A program made the translations under genes and the position numbers. A stretch of DNA of 64,000 bases, from contig JBEKVM010000001.1 in the NCBI GenBank assembly GCA_049513975.1, positions 7,836 to 71,835 on the forward strand. The letters run 5' to 3'. Of the stretch, positions 43,846 through 53,616 are shown piece after piece; within the stretch, counting starts at the first letter, position 1, and each line of letters begins with the position of its first letter. The notes beneath the pieces are model-generated. The model was not told the origin of the DNA. It searched no databases and worked only from the letters and a program-made list of their open reading frames with translations. Source of the DNA: Verrucomicrobiota bacterium (GTDB taxonomy: Bacteria > Verrucomicrobiota > Verrucomicrobiia > Limisphaerales > Palsa-1400).

Positions 43846-44424
43846 TCACTGGCGGCGGCGCCACCAGAACATCCGCTCCAGATTGGTCCGGTTCGGGTAG
43901 GAACGCGGGACCCATTCCTCCAGCAAAGCAAAATGGGGCGAAAACCGCGTCCAGATTTCGGCCCGGGTCGTGCCAAAGGGCGGACCTTCCGTGTCAGGAA
44001 TCAAATAGTTGACGGCCAGGTAGTCGCCGCCGGGCTTGAGCCAGCGGCGGACCGCCGCCACATAATCCTCGCGGCGGCCGGGATCAATCGCGCAAAAAAG
44101 CGTATGCTCAAAAATCCAATCGAACGGCCGCGGAGGCGCGTCGCTCAAAAAATCGCCCAGGATGAATGCGGCGGACAAGCCGGCGGCGCGCGTCTTTTCC
44201 GCCGCCAGACGGACCGCGCTGGGAGAAATGTCGCAGCCCGTCGCGGCAAAGCCCGCCCCGGCCCAGACGCGCGCATCGTGGCCGGTGCCGCAGCCCGGCA
44301 CCAGAACCGTGCCGCGCTCCAACCGGGGCCGGGCCGCCAAGAAATCCACCAGCCCGGGCGCGGCCTCGCCCTTTTCCCACGGCATGTCGCCGGTCTGATA
44401 ACGTTCTTCCCAATCGGTTGGCAT
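43846..44424 (-). CDS. SAM-dependent methyltransferase, TPMT/halide methyltransferase-like
   Basis: WEERYQTGDMPWEKGE and VLVPGCGTGHDA motif I. Confidence 0.75.
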   Translation of the reverse strand: MPTDWEERYQTGDMPWEKGEAAPGLVDFLAARPRLERGTVLVPGCGTGHDARVWAGAGFAATGCDISPSAVRLAAEKTRAAGLSAAFILGDFLSDAPPRPFDWIFEHTLFCAIDPGRREDYVAAVRRWLKPGGDYLAVNYLIPDTEGPPFGTTRAEIWTRFSPHFALLEEWVPRSYPNRTNLERMFWWRRRQ

Positions 44425-44442
44425 GGGGATTGCCTGAATTCA

Positions 44443-44468
44443 GCGGCGGTCATAGACCGCCGCTACAG
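44443..44468. repeat. REP-like hairpin (family A)
   Basis: gcggcggtcatagaccgccgctacag. Confidence 0.85.
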
Positions 44469-44472
44469 GCTG

Positions 44473-45198
44473 CTACGGCGCGGCGATGGTTCCATCAATC
44501 AACTCCACCACGCGCGGGGCGCGCGCGGCGATCCTGGCGTCATGCGTGGCCATGATCAGCGTGGCCCGCCGCTCCTCGCGCAAGGCGCAGAGCAAATGGA
44601 TGATCTCCTCGCCGGTGTGCGAATCCAGGTTGCCGGTGGGTTCATCGGCCAGGATCAAATCCGGCTGGTTGACGAGGGCGCGGGCGATGGCGACCCGCTG
44701 TTGTTCGCCGCCGGACAATTCGTAGGGCCGGTGTTCCAGGCGCCCGCCCAACCCCACCCGCTGGAGCAGCTCGCGTCCCCGCGCCGCCGCTTCCTGGCGG
44801 GGGATCCGCGCCATCCGCGCCGGGAGGGAGACATTTTCCAGCGCGCTCAAATCGGGCAGCAAATGGTAGGCCTGAAAAACAAACCCGACGCGGCGGTTGC
44901 GCAGGCGGGCCAAGGCCCGCGCCGGCAGGGCGCGGAGATCCGATCCGTCAAATATAATTTCTCCGGCGTTGGGGAGGTCCAGCCCGCCCAGCAGGTGCAG
45001 CAGCGTGCTTTTCCCCGCCCCGGACGCGCCGCGCAGGGCGAGGAACTCGCCGCGCTGCACCGTCAGCTCAATGTCGCGCAGCACTTCCAGCCAGCGCCGG
45101 CCCATGAGATAGGACTTGCGCACCCCGCGCGCCGTGAGGATCGGTCCGCGCGCCGTGCCGGGCGCGACGGCCTGCGGTTGCGGGCAGGCCTCATTCAT
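44473..45198 (-). CDS. lolD: ABC transporter ATP-binding protein, LolD/MacB-type
   Basis: Walker A GASGAGKST, signature LSGGEQQRVAIARAL, Walker B LILADEPTGNLD. Confidence 0.85.
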   Translation of the reverse strand: MNEACPQPQAVAPGTARGPILTARGVRKSYLMGRRWLEVLRDIELTVQRGEFLALRGASGAGKSTLLHLLGGLDLPNAGEIIFDGSDLRALPARALARLRNRRVGFVFQAYHLLPDLSALENVSLPARMARIPRQEAAARGRELLQRVGLGGRLEHRPYELSGGEQQRVAIARALVNQPDLILADEPTGNLDSHTGEEIIHLLCALREERRATLIMATHDARIAARAPRVVELIDGTIAAP

Positions 45199-46465
45199 GG
45201 CGGAGAGCCTCCACCGGTTGCAGGCGGCTGGCCTTCCAGGCGGGAAACAGCCCGGCCAAAACACAGGCGCAAAAGGCCGTCCCGCAAATCAACAAAATGT
45301 CGCCGGTCTCAATCGAAGAGGGCAGATCATAGACCTGGTAGATGTCGGCGGGGAGCAACTGGGTATGGGTGACATCGCGCATGAAATGAAGAAACTCATT
45401 GCGATAATGCAAGGCCAGGCTGGCCAGGCCAAACCCGAGGCCGACGCCCAGGATGCCAACCACCACGCTTTGGCTGAGGAACAGCCAGAGCACCTGGCCG
45501 TTGCTGGCGCCCAGCGCCTTGAGAATCCCGATCTCGCGGGTTTTTTGGACGACGAACGTAATCTGGCTGCTCACAATCCCAAACGCCGCCACGATCATGA
45601 TAAAAAACAGGAGGATGAACATCATGTTCTTTTCCACCGCCAGCGCGTTGAAAATATCGGGCGAATCCTCGCGCCAGGTCACCAGGCGCAGCGGCTCCTT
45701 GAGCGCGGCCTGCAATGCGCCGGCCACGGTGTCCACCCGAAATTCGTCCCGCAATTTCACCTTGATTCCGGTCACCCCGTCCTCCGGCAGATCCAAGACG
45801 CGGGCTGCGTCTTCCAGCGACGCCACCACATGGGTTCTGTTATAGGCGGGAAAACCCACGTCAAAAATCCCCCGCACCGTAAAATCCGACGGCAGGACCG
45901 CCTCCTCTGTGTTCTTCTTCCTGGCGGCGTCGGCCATTTTTTTCAGGCTGCGCCCCGAATACAGCGCCAGACGGTCGCCCACCTGGAGGTGCAGATAATC
46001 GGCCAGGTTGCTCCCCACCAGCAACCCCTTGTCCTGCACATTGTATTCGCCCCGGACAATGTTGGTGGCCAGCACCGTGACGCGGCCCTCGGTATTCGGG
46101 TCAATTCCATCCAGAATCCCGGCGGCATAGTTCGAGTCATCCGCACTTTGCTCCGTTTGCATCACGACCTCGCCGACAATAAACGGCGCCGCGCCGACCA
46201 CCTCGGGCTGGCTGGTGATTTCCTTGAGCAACAGCGGGAAATTGGTCATGGCGGAGAGGTCGGCGTTGTAAACCTTGAGATGCGCGTTGTAGCCCAGGAT
46301 GCGGCTGCGCCATTCTTGGTCAAAACCGCTCATGACCGAGATGACCACGATCAACACGGCCACCCCCAGCAAAACCCCGATGACCGAGATGACGGTGATG
46401 ACCGAAACAAACGTCCGCCGCGGACGCAAGTAGCGCAAAGCCAAAAATGCCTCAAATGGCGGCAT
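45191..46465 (-). CDS. Lipoprotein-releasing system permease (LolC/LolE, FtsX-family)
   Basis: 424 aa with MacB-PCD and FtsX topology. FEAFLALRYLRPRR N-terminus. Overlaps lolD by 8 nt. Confidence 0.85.
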   Translation of the reverse strand: MPPFEAFLALRYLRPRRTFVSVITVISVIGVLLGVAVLIVVISVMSGFDQEWRSRILGYNAHLKVYNADLSAMTNFPLLLKEITSQPEVVGAAPFIVGEVVMQTEQSADDSNYAAGILDGIDPNTEGRVTVLATNIVRGEYNVQDKGLLVGSNLADYLHLQVGDRLALYSGRSLKKMADAARKKNTEEAVLPSDFTVRGIFDVGFPAYNRTHVVASLEDAARVLDLPEDGVTGIKVKLRDEFRVDTVAGALQAALKEPLRLVTWREDSPDIFNALAVEKNMMFILLFFIMIVAAFGIVSSQITFVVQKTREIGILKALGASNGQVLWLFLSQSVVVGILGVGLGFGLASLALHYRNEFLHFMRDVTHTQLLPADIYQVYDLPSSIETGDILLICGTAFCACVLAGLFPAWKASRLQPVEALRHE

Positions 46466-46470
46466 CCGAT

Positions 46471-47058
46471 CTAGGATCCTGGTTGTCCCGGCAGATTATC
46501 AATGTAGCGAAACGGTTCGCCAAAACGGCCGTAATCAAATTTATTGGTGCTGTAATCATCCGCGTCCACCACCCGCAGAAAACGGTAGCGCAAAACCACC
46601 GTTCCGTCCTCCACCTTTTCCGGCACGCCATAGACGATGGCCAGCTTGCCGGGGCCGGCGTAGCTTTCCGCCTCCGCGCTGCCGGCCTCCGGCTCGTTGC
46701 GGCGCAAGACCCAATCGGTGCGGAAAAGGCCCTCGCCGCGCGGCGAGATGTTCAGCAGCACCTCTCCGAAGTAACGGTCCTCCTCCCAGTCAAAATAATG
46801 ATGCTCGAACGTCGTCACCGCATGAATCAAGCCGTCTGTTCCCGTTTCCGCCTCGGTGTGCAGGATGATCCCGGCCCAGCCCACCCCGGCGTTGGTGTAT
46901 AATTCCAGGTTCTGGCGGACGTCGCCCGGATAAACATCGAGCATGTCCTTGTTCATTTCCGTGGTCTCCGGCTTGCTTGCGGCGCGATAGAACACATTGG
47001 AAGCGCAGGCGAAAAGAAAGGGCACGGCGGCCAGGAGCAGGGCGATAAGGCGGTTCAT
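46471..47058 (-). CDS. Hypothetical lipoprotein
   Basis: MNRLIALLLAAVPFLFAC lipobox. Last gene of the lol cluster. Confidence 0.6.
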   Translation of the reverse strand: MNRLIALLLAAVPFLFACASNVFYRAASKPETTEMNKDMLDVYPGDVRQNLELYTNAGVGWAGIILHTEAETGTDGLIHAVTTFEHHYFDWEEDRYFGEVLLNISPRGEGLFRTDWVLRRNEPEAGSAEAESYAGPGKLAIVYGVPEKVEDGTVVLRYRFLRVVDADDYSTNKFDYGRFGEPFRYIDNLPGQPGS

Positions 47059-47264
47059 AAATTTGTTCTGATTCCGGCAAAACCAGCGCGAGGACCGGCG
47101 GCAGTGAGTTGCCGCGCGACCGGCCGGTTTCGACGTGGGTAAGCCTACCGCATCGCCCCTGATATTTCCACCAATCTTTTTTGAGGCGTCCGGGCCGCAT
47201 CCGGGGCTGACGAAGCACTTGCGGAAAATGCTCAGGCTGGAGTAGATTGAGTCATATCTTGGGA

Positions 47265-47573
47265 ATGAAACTGCAATATGACAACGAAGCTGTGCGTCGC
47301 TTCTGCCGGGAACGCGGCATTGCCAGACTGGAGGTTTTCGGTTCGGCGTTGCGCGAGGACTTCCGAGCCGACAGCGATGTGGATTTGCTCTGTACCCTCA
47401 AGACGGACGATGACTGCACCCTTTTGGGTTGGGCTGACATGCAGTTCAAATTGACAGAGATTTTTGGCCGGCCGGTTGATTTAGTGAGTCGCTGGGCCAT
47501 TGAGCGCAGCCGGAATCCTTACCGCCGCCATGCGATTCTTTCAACGGCCACGCCCATTTATGTCGAGGGATAA
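47265..47573 (+). CDS. mntA: MNT-type nucleotidyltransferase antitoxin (type VII TA)
   Basis: LEVFGSALREDFRADSDVDLL (GS...DxD nucleotidyltransferase motif). Confidence 0.8.
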   Translation: MKLQYDNEAVRRFCRERGIARLEVFGSALREDFRADSDVDLLCTLKTDDDCTLLGWADMQFKLTEIFGRPVDLVSRWAIERSRNPYRRHAILSTATPIYVEG

Positions 47574-47922
47574 AACGTATCTCGCCGATATTCTCTACGC
47601 CGCGCAGGCCATCGGCCGGTTCCTCAACGGCGTTGCAAAGGAGCAGTTCCTGGGCAACGAGGAAAAATACGAAGCCGTCAACCGCAAGTTTGAGATCATT
47701 GGTGAAGCGGCCCGGAGACTCTCGCCTGAAGCCCGGCAGGAATTCCCGGACATTCCCTGGAAACTGGTGACCGCCATGCGCAATATTCTCATTCATGATT
47801 ATGACGATGTGAATTTGAATTTGGTGTGGCAAACTGCCCAAAATGATCTTCCACCACTGATTGCCAAGTTGGAAGCTCATCTGGCAAAGATGCCGCCGGA
47901 TGACGGCGGCAACGGTTGTTGA
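47560..47922 (+). CDS. hepT: HepT (DUF86) RNase toxin
   Basis: RNILIHDY is the Rx4HxY motif. Overlaps the MNT gene by 14 nt. Confidence 0.85.
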   Translation: MSRDKTYLADILYAAQAIGRFLNGVAKEQFLGNEEKYEAVNRKFEIIGEAARRLSPEARQEFPDIPWKLVTAMRNILIHDYDDVNLNLVWQTAQNDLPPLIAKLEAHLAKMPPDDGGNGC

Positions 47923-47927
47923 TTCCA

Positions 47928-48791
47928 TCAATGGCCGTTTCGGCTTTTGGGCATCAAGGCCCGCAACGTGGCCAGGTTTTCCACGTCTTCGTGCAGGTCT
48001 TCCGATTTGGGGGTTTCCAGGCAGGCGGGGGATTCCCGAAAACGCACGTCGTTGACGATGTGGCGGAAGCCTTTCAAACCAATCTTGCCCTTGCCGATGT
48101 GCTCGTGACGATCCACCCGCGAGCCAAGGCCGGTTTTGGAATCGTTGAGGTGAAAGGCCAGAATTTCCTTCCGGCCGATCAGCTTGTCCACCTTCGCCAG
48201 GGCCGCGTCCCAGCCCTTCCCGGTCCGCAAATCGAATCCCGCCGCGAAAAAGTGGGCGGTGTCCAGGCAAAGGCCCAGCCTCTCCGGCTGCCGGACCGCA
48301 TCGAAAATTGCCGCCAGGTGCTCGACTTTGTGGCCCAGGCAGGTGCCCTGTCCGGCCGTGTTTTCCAAGGCCAGGCGCACGCCCGAGTTTTTCGTTTTTG
48401 CCAGGACCTCATCCAGTCCCGCCACGATGAGTTCCAGCCCGCGCTTCTCGCCCGCGCCCAGATGAGCGCCCGGATGCAGGACCAAAAACGGCAGCCCGAG
48501 CGCGGCGGCGAAGGAGATTTCCTGCAACAACGATTGCAGCGATCGGGCGCGGTTGGGCGAAGGCGGTCCGCCCAGGTTGATGAGATAGCTGGCGTGGCCG
48601 AAGACCGCCTTGAAGCCGGCGCGCGCCCGTTCCGCGGCAAAAGCCGCCGCCTCGTCCGGCGCCGGCGGTTTGCCCAGCCACTGCATGTTATTCTTGACAA
48701 AAATCTGGACGACTTCGCAGCCGATGGACGCCCCGCGCTCCAGCGCCGTGCGAACTCCCCCAGCCGTGGAACAGTGCGCGCCGAAAATCAT
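47928..48791 (-). CDS. nfo: Deoxyribonuclease IV (endonuclease IV)
   Basis: MIFGAHCSTAGG...VLHPGAH...LENTAGQG...CLDTAHFFAAG...FHLNDSK, a full Nfo pattern. Confidence 0.9.
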   Translation of the reverse strand: MIFGAHCSTAGGVRTALERGASIGCEVVQIFVKNNMQWLGKPPAPDEAAAFAAERARAGFKAVFGHASYLINLGGPPSPNRARSLQSLLQEISFAAALGLPFLVLHPGAHLGAGEKRGLELIVAGLDEVLAKTKNSGVRLALENTAGQGTCLGHKVEHLAAIFDAVRQPERLGLCLDTAHFFAAGFDLRTGKGWDAALAKVDKLIGRKEILAFHLNDSKTGLGSRVDRHEHIGKGKIGLKGFRHIVNDVRFRESPACLETPKSEDLHEDVENLATLRALMPKSRNGH

Positions 48792-48875
48792 GCGGGAATA
48801 CTGAATGAAAGGAGGGTTTGCGCAATGGGGTTTTTAACATTTGACAGGGTTCACCCAATGTATTACATATCAGGC

Positions 48876-49118
48876 ATGGTAAGAACGCATATAACAAGTA
48901 AGGGGCAAACGACCATTCCTGCGCAATTTCGGAAGAAATGGAAAAGCTCCCAAGTGTTTTGGGAATCGGGACCCGGCGGATCGGCGGTGGTGCGGCCGGT
49001 TCCCGGCGCGATGTCCTTGTTGGGAATTGCCAACAATGGCTGGCGGCGCGATCCGCGCGAAATGGAAAAGGCCGGCGAGGCCATCGCCGGTGATTCGGGC
49101 GAAGGGGCGGCGGAATGA
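48876..49118 (+). CDS. vapB: AbrB/MazE-fold antitoxin (VapB-like)
   Basis: MVRTHITSKGQTTIPAQFRKKW SpoVT/AbrB motif. Its stop overlaps the vapC start (ATGA). Confidence 0.7.
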   Translation: MVRTHITSKGQTTIPAQFRKKWKSSQVFWESGPGGSAVVRPVPGAMSLLGIANNGWRRDPREMEKAGEAIAGDSGEGAAE

Positions 49119-49549
49119 CCCGGCGCGTTCATCTGGACGCCAACATCATCCTGCGATTTTTGCGCAATGACGATCCGCAGCAATCTCGCACCGCGGCGGA
49201 ACTGTTCAAACAGGCCGAGAAGAAGGAACTGCAATTGCTCGCCTCGCCGGTGACGATCATGGAGGTTTTCTACGTCCTCGCCCGGGCTTACGGCATGCCG
49301 CGCCCGGAGGTGGCCCGGATTTTGCAAACGCTGATTGGGTCCGGTCTGGCGCTGTGCGAAGACGGGGGCATTGCGCTGGATGCCTTGCGGCGAATCACCA
49401 GCAACAAAACCTCGTTTGGCGACGCTTACCTGATGGCGGCAGCCGCCCAGGCAAACGAGGAGATCGTGACCTTCGACCAGGGCATACTGGCATCAAAGGA
49501 CGTACGACTTTACCCGCTCAATTCCATCTCAAAGAGTTCCAAGAAATAG
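49115..49549 (+). CDS. vapC: PIN-domain ribonuclease toxin VapC
   Basis: VHLDANIILRFL...D...FGDAYL..., with PIN acidic residues in the expected order. Confidence 0.85.
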   Translation: MTRRVHLDANIILRFLRNDDPQQSRTAAELFKQAEKKELQLLASPVTIMEVFYVLARAYGMPRPEVARILQTLIGSGLALCEDGGIALDALRRITSNKTSFGDAYLMAAAAQANEEIVTFDQGILASKDVRLYPLNSISKSSKK

Positions 49550-49620
49550 CGGACGCGCCCTTTGACACAGAAGCGGCCTGATTCGGTTTCAGGAATCGCA
49601 TACTGAATCTGGATGGTTTA

Positions 49621-50184
49621 ATGTACGAGCGGATGGTTCGTCGAATGACTGATATGCCACGTTGGAATGGACATTGCTTGCTCCATATGCTCTGGCTGGG
49701 CTTGTTGCTTTTGTCAGCTTGCTCGACGCAGCCCGGAGCCCCAATTGATCCGAGCCGCTTCCCGTTCCTCCGCGCCGCCGACCAGACAAAGGTTGTTGTT
49801 TGGCGCCAGGAACTCGGCCCCGATTTTTCTGTTTTCTATGGGCATTTCAAGCAAAGCAGAACCTCTGGGTTTGGATTCTACAGAGGGGGGTTTCCGGATT
49901 TCCACCCGGGTTCTAACGCCAGGATTGTCAGCGGACGGTTGGGGGCTTTCCCCGTGGATTGGCATGAGACTTCCGCAGGCGACCCAGCCGTAATCGAACG
50001 AGAGGCAGTGTTTGATTACAGAACACAAATTAGAAAAATTGGGGATAGGGAATTCAAAGGAACGGTAAAAATTCATATCTGGGTTTACGGAAGCAGCGCC
50101 AGGGAGGTAGGTGAATTGACCGATTATCTTGGCGGGCTGGCTATATTTGCCTCAAAACCCGAAGACGTGGTATATCGGAGGTAG
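49621..50184 (+). CDS. Hypothetical lipoprotein
   Basis: LWLGLLLLSAC lipobox. Visibly lower GC than its neighbours. Start uncertain. Confidence 0.45.
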   Translation: MYERMVRRMTDMPRWNGHCLLHMLWLGLLLLSACSTQPGAPIDPSRFPFLRAADQTKVVVWRQELGPDFSVFYGHFKQSRTSGFGFYRGGFPDFHPGSNARIVSGRLGAFPVDWHETSAGDPAVIEREAVFDYRTQIRKIGDREFKGTVKIHIWVYGSSAREVGELTDYLGGLAIFASKPEDVVYRR

Positions 50185-50208
50185 AGCAAAACTCCTTGAA
50201 CCGCAGAG

Positions 50209-51414
50209 CTAAAGCTTCTCCGGGGATTGCAGCAACGACGCCACCCGCGCCAGCAGGCGGCCGGCGGCGCCGCCGTCGAGCACGCGGTGGTCGAAACTCA
50301 ACGTCAAATTCGCCTCTGTTACCGGGACGAATTGCTGCTTCTGCTCGTCCCAGCAGGGAACTTTTTTGCCCGCGCCCACGCCCAGCACCAGGGTTTGTTC
50401 GGGCAGCGGAATGGGCGTGGCCCAGGTCAGGCCGAAGGTGCCGAAATTAGTGACCGTGGCAATGGAACCGCCGGTGGCGTCGTTGGGCAGGCGGCGTTGC
50501 CGGGCCAGTTTGACCAGCTCATTGTAACGCCCCACCAATTCCTCCAGCCGACGGGTGTCGGCGTGGCGCAGCACCGGCACGAGCACGCCCTCCTCCGCCT
50601 CCACCGCGAAACCGATATCAATGGCCGGGGGATGGACAATTTGATTGCCAATCAAGCGGCCGGCTGGGGCGCTGTTTTCCGCCAGGGCCAGGGCCAGCGC
50701 CCGCAAAACATAGAGGGCCGGCCCGGCTTTGACGGCGCTGCTGTTGCGATGGGCCATCATCGCCTCCAGGTTGCACGGCAGCGCCACCGTGGCCAGGGGC
50801 CGCGTCCAGCTCCGCCGCATAGCGTCCGCCACCGCCACGCGCATACTGGAGGCACTGGTTAGTTTGTGCTGCTTCAAGTGCTCCAAAAATTTCTCAAAAT
50901 CCTGGATGGTCACCCGCCCCGCCGCGCCGCTCCCGGCCACCCCCGCCAAATCCGCCGCGTGCAAACCCAGTTCCGCCATGCGCGCTTTCATCCGGGGCGA
51001 CATATAACTGGCTCCCGCCGCGTTGGCCGGCACCGGCAATCCGCGCACGGTCGGTTGCACGCTTCGTTTCCTCCCCTCCTCGCCGGTCTCCGCCTCGCCG
51101 GCGGCGCCCGGTCCGGTCGGGCCGCCCACGTTGGCGCCGTGTTGATCCAGTCCCAGGCGCCGGGCGTCCTCGTCCGTCACCTCCAAATAGCCCAGCACCG
51201 CGCCGACCGGATAGCTTTCATTGAGTTTGACCAGGAGCCGGTCCACTTTTCCGGGGCAGGGCGAGGAAACATTCATGGTCGCCTTGTTCGTTTCCACTTC
51301 GATCACATCCTGGTCCACGGCGACTTGATCGCCCACCCGGATATGAAAGGCAACGACGGTGGCTTCGGCGATGGCTTCGCCCAACTGCGGCATGATGATG
51401 GGAATTTGCGGCAT
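50209..51414 (-). CDS. 2-oxoacid dehydrogenase E2 (dihydrolipoamide acyltransferase)
   Basis: Lipoyl domain with VIEVETNKATMNV, then a catalytic domain ending SFDHRVLDGG. Start at MPQIPIIMPQLGE; the longer track ORF reads through the ACTCC repeat. Confidence 0.85.
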   Translation of the reverse strand: MPQIPIIMPQLGEAIAEATVVAFHIRVGDQVAVDQDVIEVETNKATMNVSSPCPGKVDRLLVKLNESYPVGAVLGYLEVTDEDARRLGLDQHGANVGGPTGPGAAGEAETGEEGRKRSVQPTVRGLPVPANAAGASYMSPRMKARMAELGLHAADLAGVAGSGAAGRVTIQDFEKFLEHLKQHKLTSASSMRVAVADAMRRSWTRPLATVALPCNLEAMMAHRNSSAVKAGPALYVLRALALALAENSAPAGRLIGNQIVHPPAIDIGFAVEAEEGVLVPVLRHADTRRLEELVGRYNELVKLARQRRLPNDATGGSIATVTNFGTFGLTWATPIPLPEQTLVLGVGAGKKVPCWDEQKQQFVPVTEANLTLSFDHRVLDGGAAGRLLARVASLLQSPEKL

Positions 51415-51426
51415 GGTCAGCGGGAT

Positions 51427-51581
51427 GGAGTGATGGGGTGGTGGAGGGGGGCAATGGAGTGATGGAGGCGCCGGGTGGAGTGATGGAGTGGTGGAGTGAT
51501 GGGAAGAAAATCCCAATACTCCAGCACTCCAACACTCCGTTGGTGTTTCCTGGCTCCGCCACTCCACCACTCCACCACTCC
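51427..51581. repeat. Inverted array of ACTCC-type repeats between the E1beta and E2 genes
   Basis: ggagtgatggagtggtggagtgatgg ... actccagcactccaacactcc ... ccactccaccactccaccactcc. Confidence 0.8.
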
Positions 51582-51601
51582 GTTTGTCTGGGTTGTCTTC
51601 T

Positions 51602-52567
51602 TCACATTCGCAACAGGTTGCGCGCGGCGGCGGCGATGCTCCGCACCGTCGGCCGATGCACGGTCCACAAACTGGGATGATAGGGAATGGGCGTGTCCTT
51701 GGAATTGAGCCGTTGCGGCGGCGCGTCCAGCAGACCGAATCCTTCCGTCGCGACCCGCGCCATGACCTCCGCGGTCACCCCGCCCCACGGCCACGCTTCG
51801 CCCACGCACAACAACCGTCCCGTGCGGGCCACCGACGCCATGACGGTATCCGTGTCCAGGGGTTTGATGGAACGCAGGTCCACCACTTCGATTTCCGCCC
51901 CTTCGCCGGCCAGCTCCTCCGCCGCCGCCAGCGAATCCTGCACCATGGCGCTGTAAGCCACGACGGACAAATCGCGCCCGGGACGCGCGATGCGCGCCTT
52001 GCCGACGGGCATCGCTTCGGTCGGCAAAGCCTCCGCCTTGCAATGGTAATAAAGATATTTGTGCTCGCAAAAGATCACCGGATCATCAATCGCCACCGCT
52101 TCCAGCAGCATGCTGTAGGCGTCTTCCGCCGTGGCGGGGGTCATCACGATCAACCCGGGGAAATGGGCGTAAACCGCCTCCAGGCTCTGGCTGTGGAACG
52201 GCCCGCCGCCCGCCGTGCCGCCGGAGGGCATGCGGATGGTGATGGGACACGGCACCTGCGAGCGCCAAAAAAGCGTGGCGGCCTGGTTGACGATTTGCGT
52301 CAAACCCGGCGCGGAAAAATCGGCAAATTGCATTTCGATAATGGGGCGCATTCCCTCGATGGCCGCGCCGATGGCCGCCCCGACAATCGCATCCTCGCTG
52401 ATGGGCGCATCGAGCACGCGGCCGGGAAATTCCAGGGCCAGATTCTTGGTCGCCTTGAAGGCGCCGCCAAACGCGCCCACATCCTGCCCATAGATAAAGA
52501 CGCGCGGATCATCGGCCAGCGCCTTGGCCTGCGCGGCGCGGATGGCTTCCAGATAAGTGATGCTCAC
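51602..52567 (-). CDS. 2-oxoacid dehydrogenase E1 component beta subunit
   Basis: GTG start after GGAGG, overlapping the E1alpha stop (GTGA). SITYLEAIRAAQ...VFIYGQDVG... Confidence 0.85.
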   Translation of the reverse strand: MSITYLEAIRAAQAKALADDPRVFIYGQDVGAFGGAFKATKNLALEFPGRVLDAPISEDAIVGAAIGAAIEGMRPIIEMQFADFSAPGLTQIVNQAATLFWRSQVPCPITIRMPSGGTAGGGPFHSQSLEAVYAHFPGLIVMTPATAEDAYSMLLEAVAIDDPVIFCEHKYLYYHCKAEALPTEAMPVGKARIARPGRDLSVVAYSAMVQDSLAAAEELAGEGAEIEVVDLRSIKPLDTDTVMASVARTGRLLCVGEAWPWGGVTAEVMARVATEGFGLLDAPPQRLNSKDTPIPYHPSLWTVHRPTVRSIAAAARNLLRM

Positions 52568-53616
52568 AACGCCTCCAACACAGGATAATTCTCGAATCGT
52601 TCCATGAGATGCCGCGAGGCCAGCGGGCGCCAATCCTCCCGGTAAGGGTCCGGCGCCGGTTCCCTTTGCACCACCGCCAGGGTTTCTTCCAGCAATTGGG
52701 CCTGCTCCAGGCGCAGACGCCGGGTGGCGGCCTTGTCGGCCCAGCCTTGCCGCCACAAATGCTCCTCCGCCACCTGCAGACAATCGCGCCCCAGCGGGGA
52801 GGCCTTCAACTGCGGGTCAATATAGTGCGCGTCATCATGCTCGCCGTGGCCGCAGAGCCGCAGCAATTGCGCCACCACCAATTGCGGCCCGCGCCCCTGC
52901 CTAGCCCGCGCCACCGCCTGGCCCACCGTTTGCAAACAGGCCTGCAAATCCGTCCCGTCCACCTCCTGCCCGGTGACGCCGTAACCGGCCGCCTTGTCCA
53001 CCAAACGGGCGCAGGCAAACTGCCGGTGATTGGGGGTGGAATAGGCATATTGATTGTTGGCCACCACCAGCACCAGCGGTAACTTTTCCACCGCGGCCTG
53101 GTTCAGCCCTTCATGAAACGAACCGGTGGAAGTGCCGCCATCGCCGAGGCAGGCCGCGCCCACATGCCCGGACATGTTCTTAAAGCGCTTTCCCATCAAC
53201 ACGCCGTTCACCACCGAAATCATCGCCCCCAAGTGACTGATCATGGGCAACACGCCGTGGCGGGGACTGCCCCGATGCACGTTGCCATCCCGCGCACGCA
53301 TCGGGCCGAGAGGCGACCCCAGATAAGTGCGCACGGCTTCCAGAATGGGTTCGCCGAAGGCCAGGCGCCCGGCCCCATCGCGAATGAGCGGGGCAAACAC
53401 GTCGCCCTTTTTCAGAGCCAGCCCCAGGGCCACGCTCAAGGCCTCCTGGCCCCGGCCCAGAAAGACGCCGCCTTGAATTTTGCCCCCGCGGTACAAGCTC
53501 GCCATCTTCTCATCCATCAGCCGGGCGAGGAGCATGAACCGAAACCCCTGCAAAAACTGATCGCGGAAAGACGTGGCAGCGGCCAGCGCATCCTGGCTTT
53601 CCAATGTCTGCAACAT
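52564..53616 (-). CDS. 2-oxoacid dehydrogenase E1 component alpha subunit (TPP-binding)
   Basis: Start at MLQTLES. GDGGTSTGSFHEGLN and VVANNQYAYSTP are TPP motifs. Confidence 0.85.
   Translation of the reverse strand: MLQTLESQDALAAATSFRDQFLQGFRFMLLARLMDEKMASLYRGGKIQGGVFLGRGQEALSVALGLALKKGDVFAPLIRDGAGRLAFGEPILEAVRTYLGSPLGPMRARDGNVHRGSPRHGVLPMISHLGAMISVVNGVLMGKRFKNMSGHVGAACLGDGGTSTGSFHEGLNQAAVEKLPLVLVVANNQYAYSTPNHRQFACARLVDKAAGYGVTGQEVDGTDLQACLQTVGQAVARARQGRGPQLVVAQLLRLCGHGEHDDAHYIDPQLKASPLGRDCLQVAEEHLWRQGWADKAATRRLRLEQAQLLEETLAVVQREPAPDPYREDWRPLASRHLMERFENYPVLEAL

Noticed and set aside
47916-49118. 400-aa plus-strand ORF spanning the nfo region
   Set aside because: It is antisense to a clear endonuclease IV gene. 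Only its last 81 codons (48876-49118) form a credible AbrB-type antitoxin with its own ATG.
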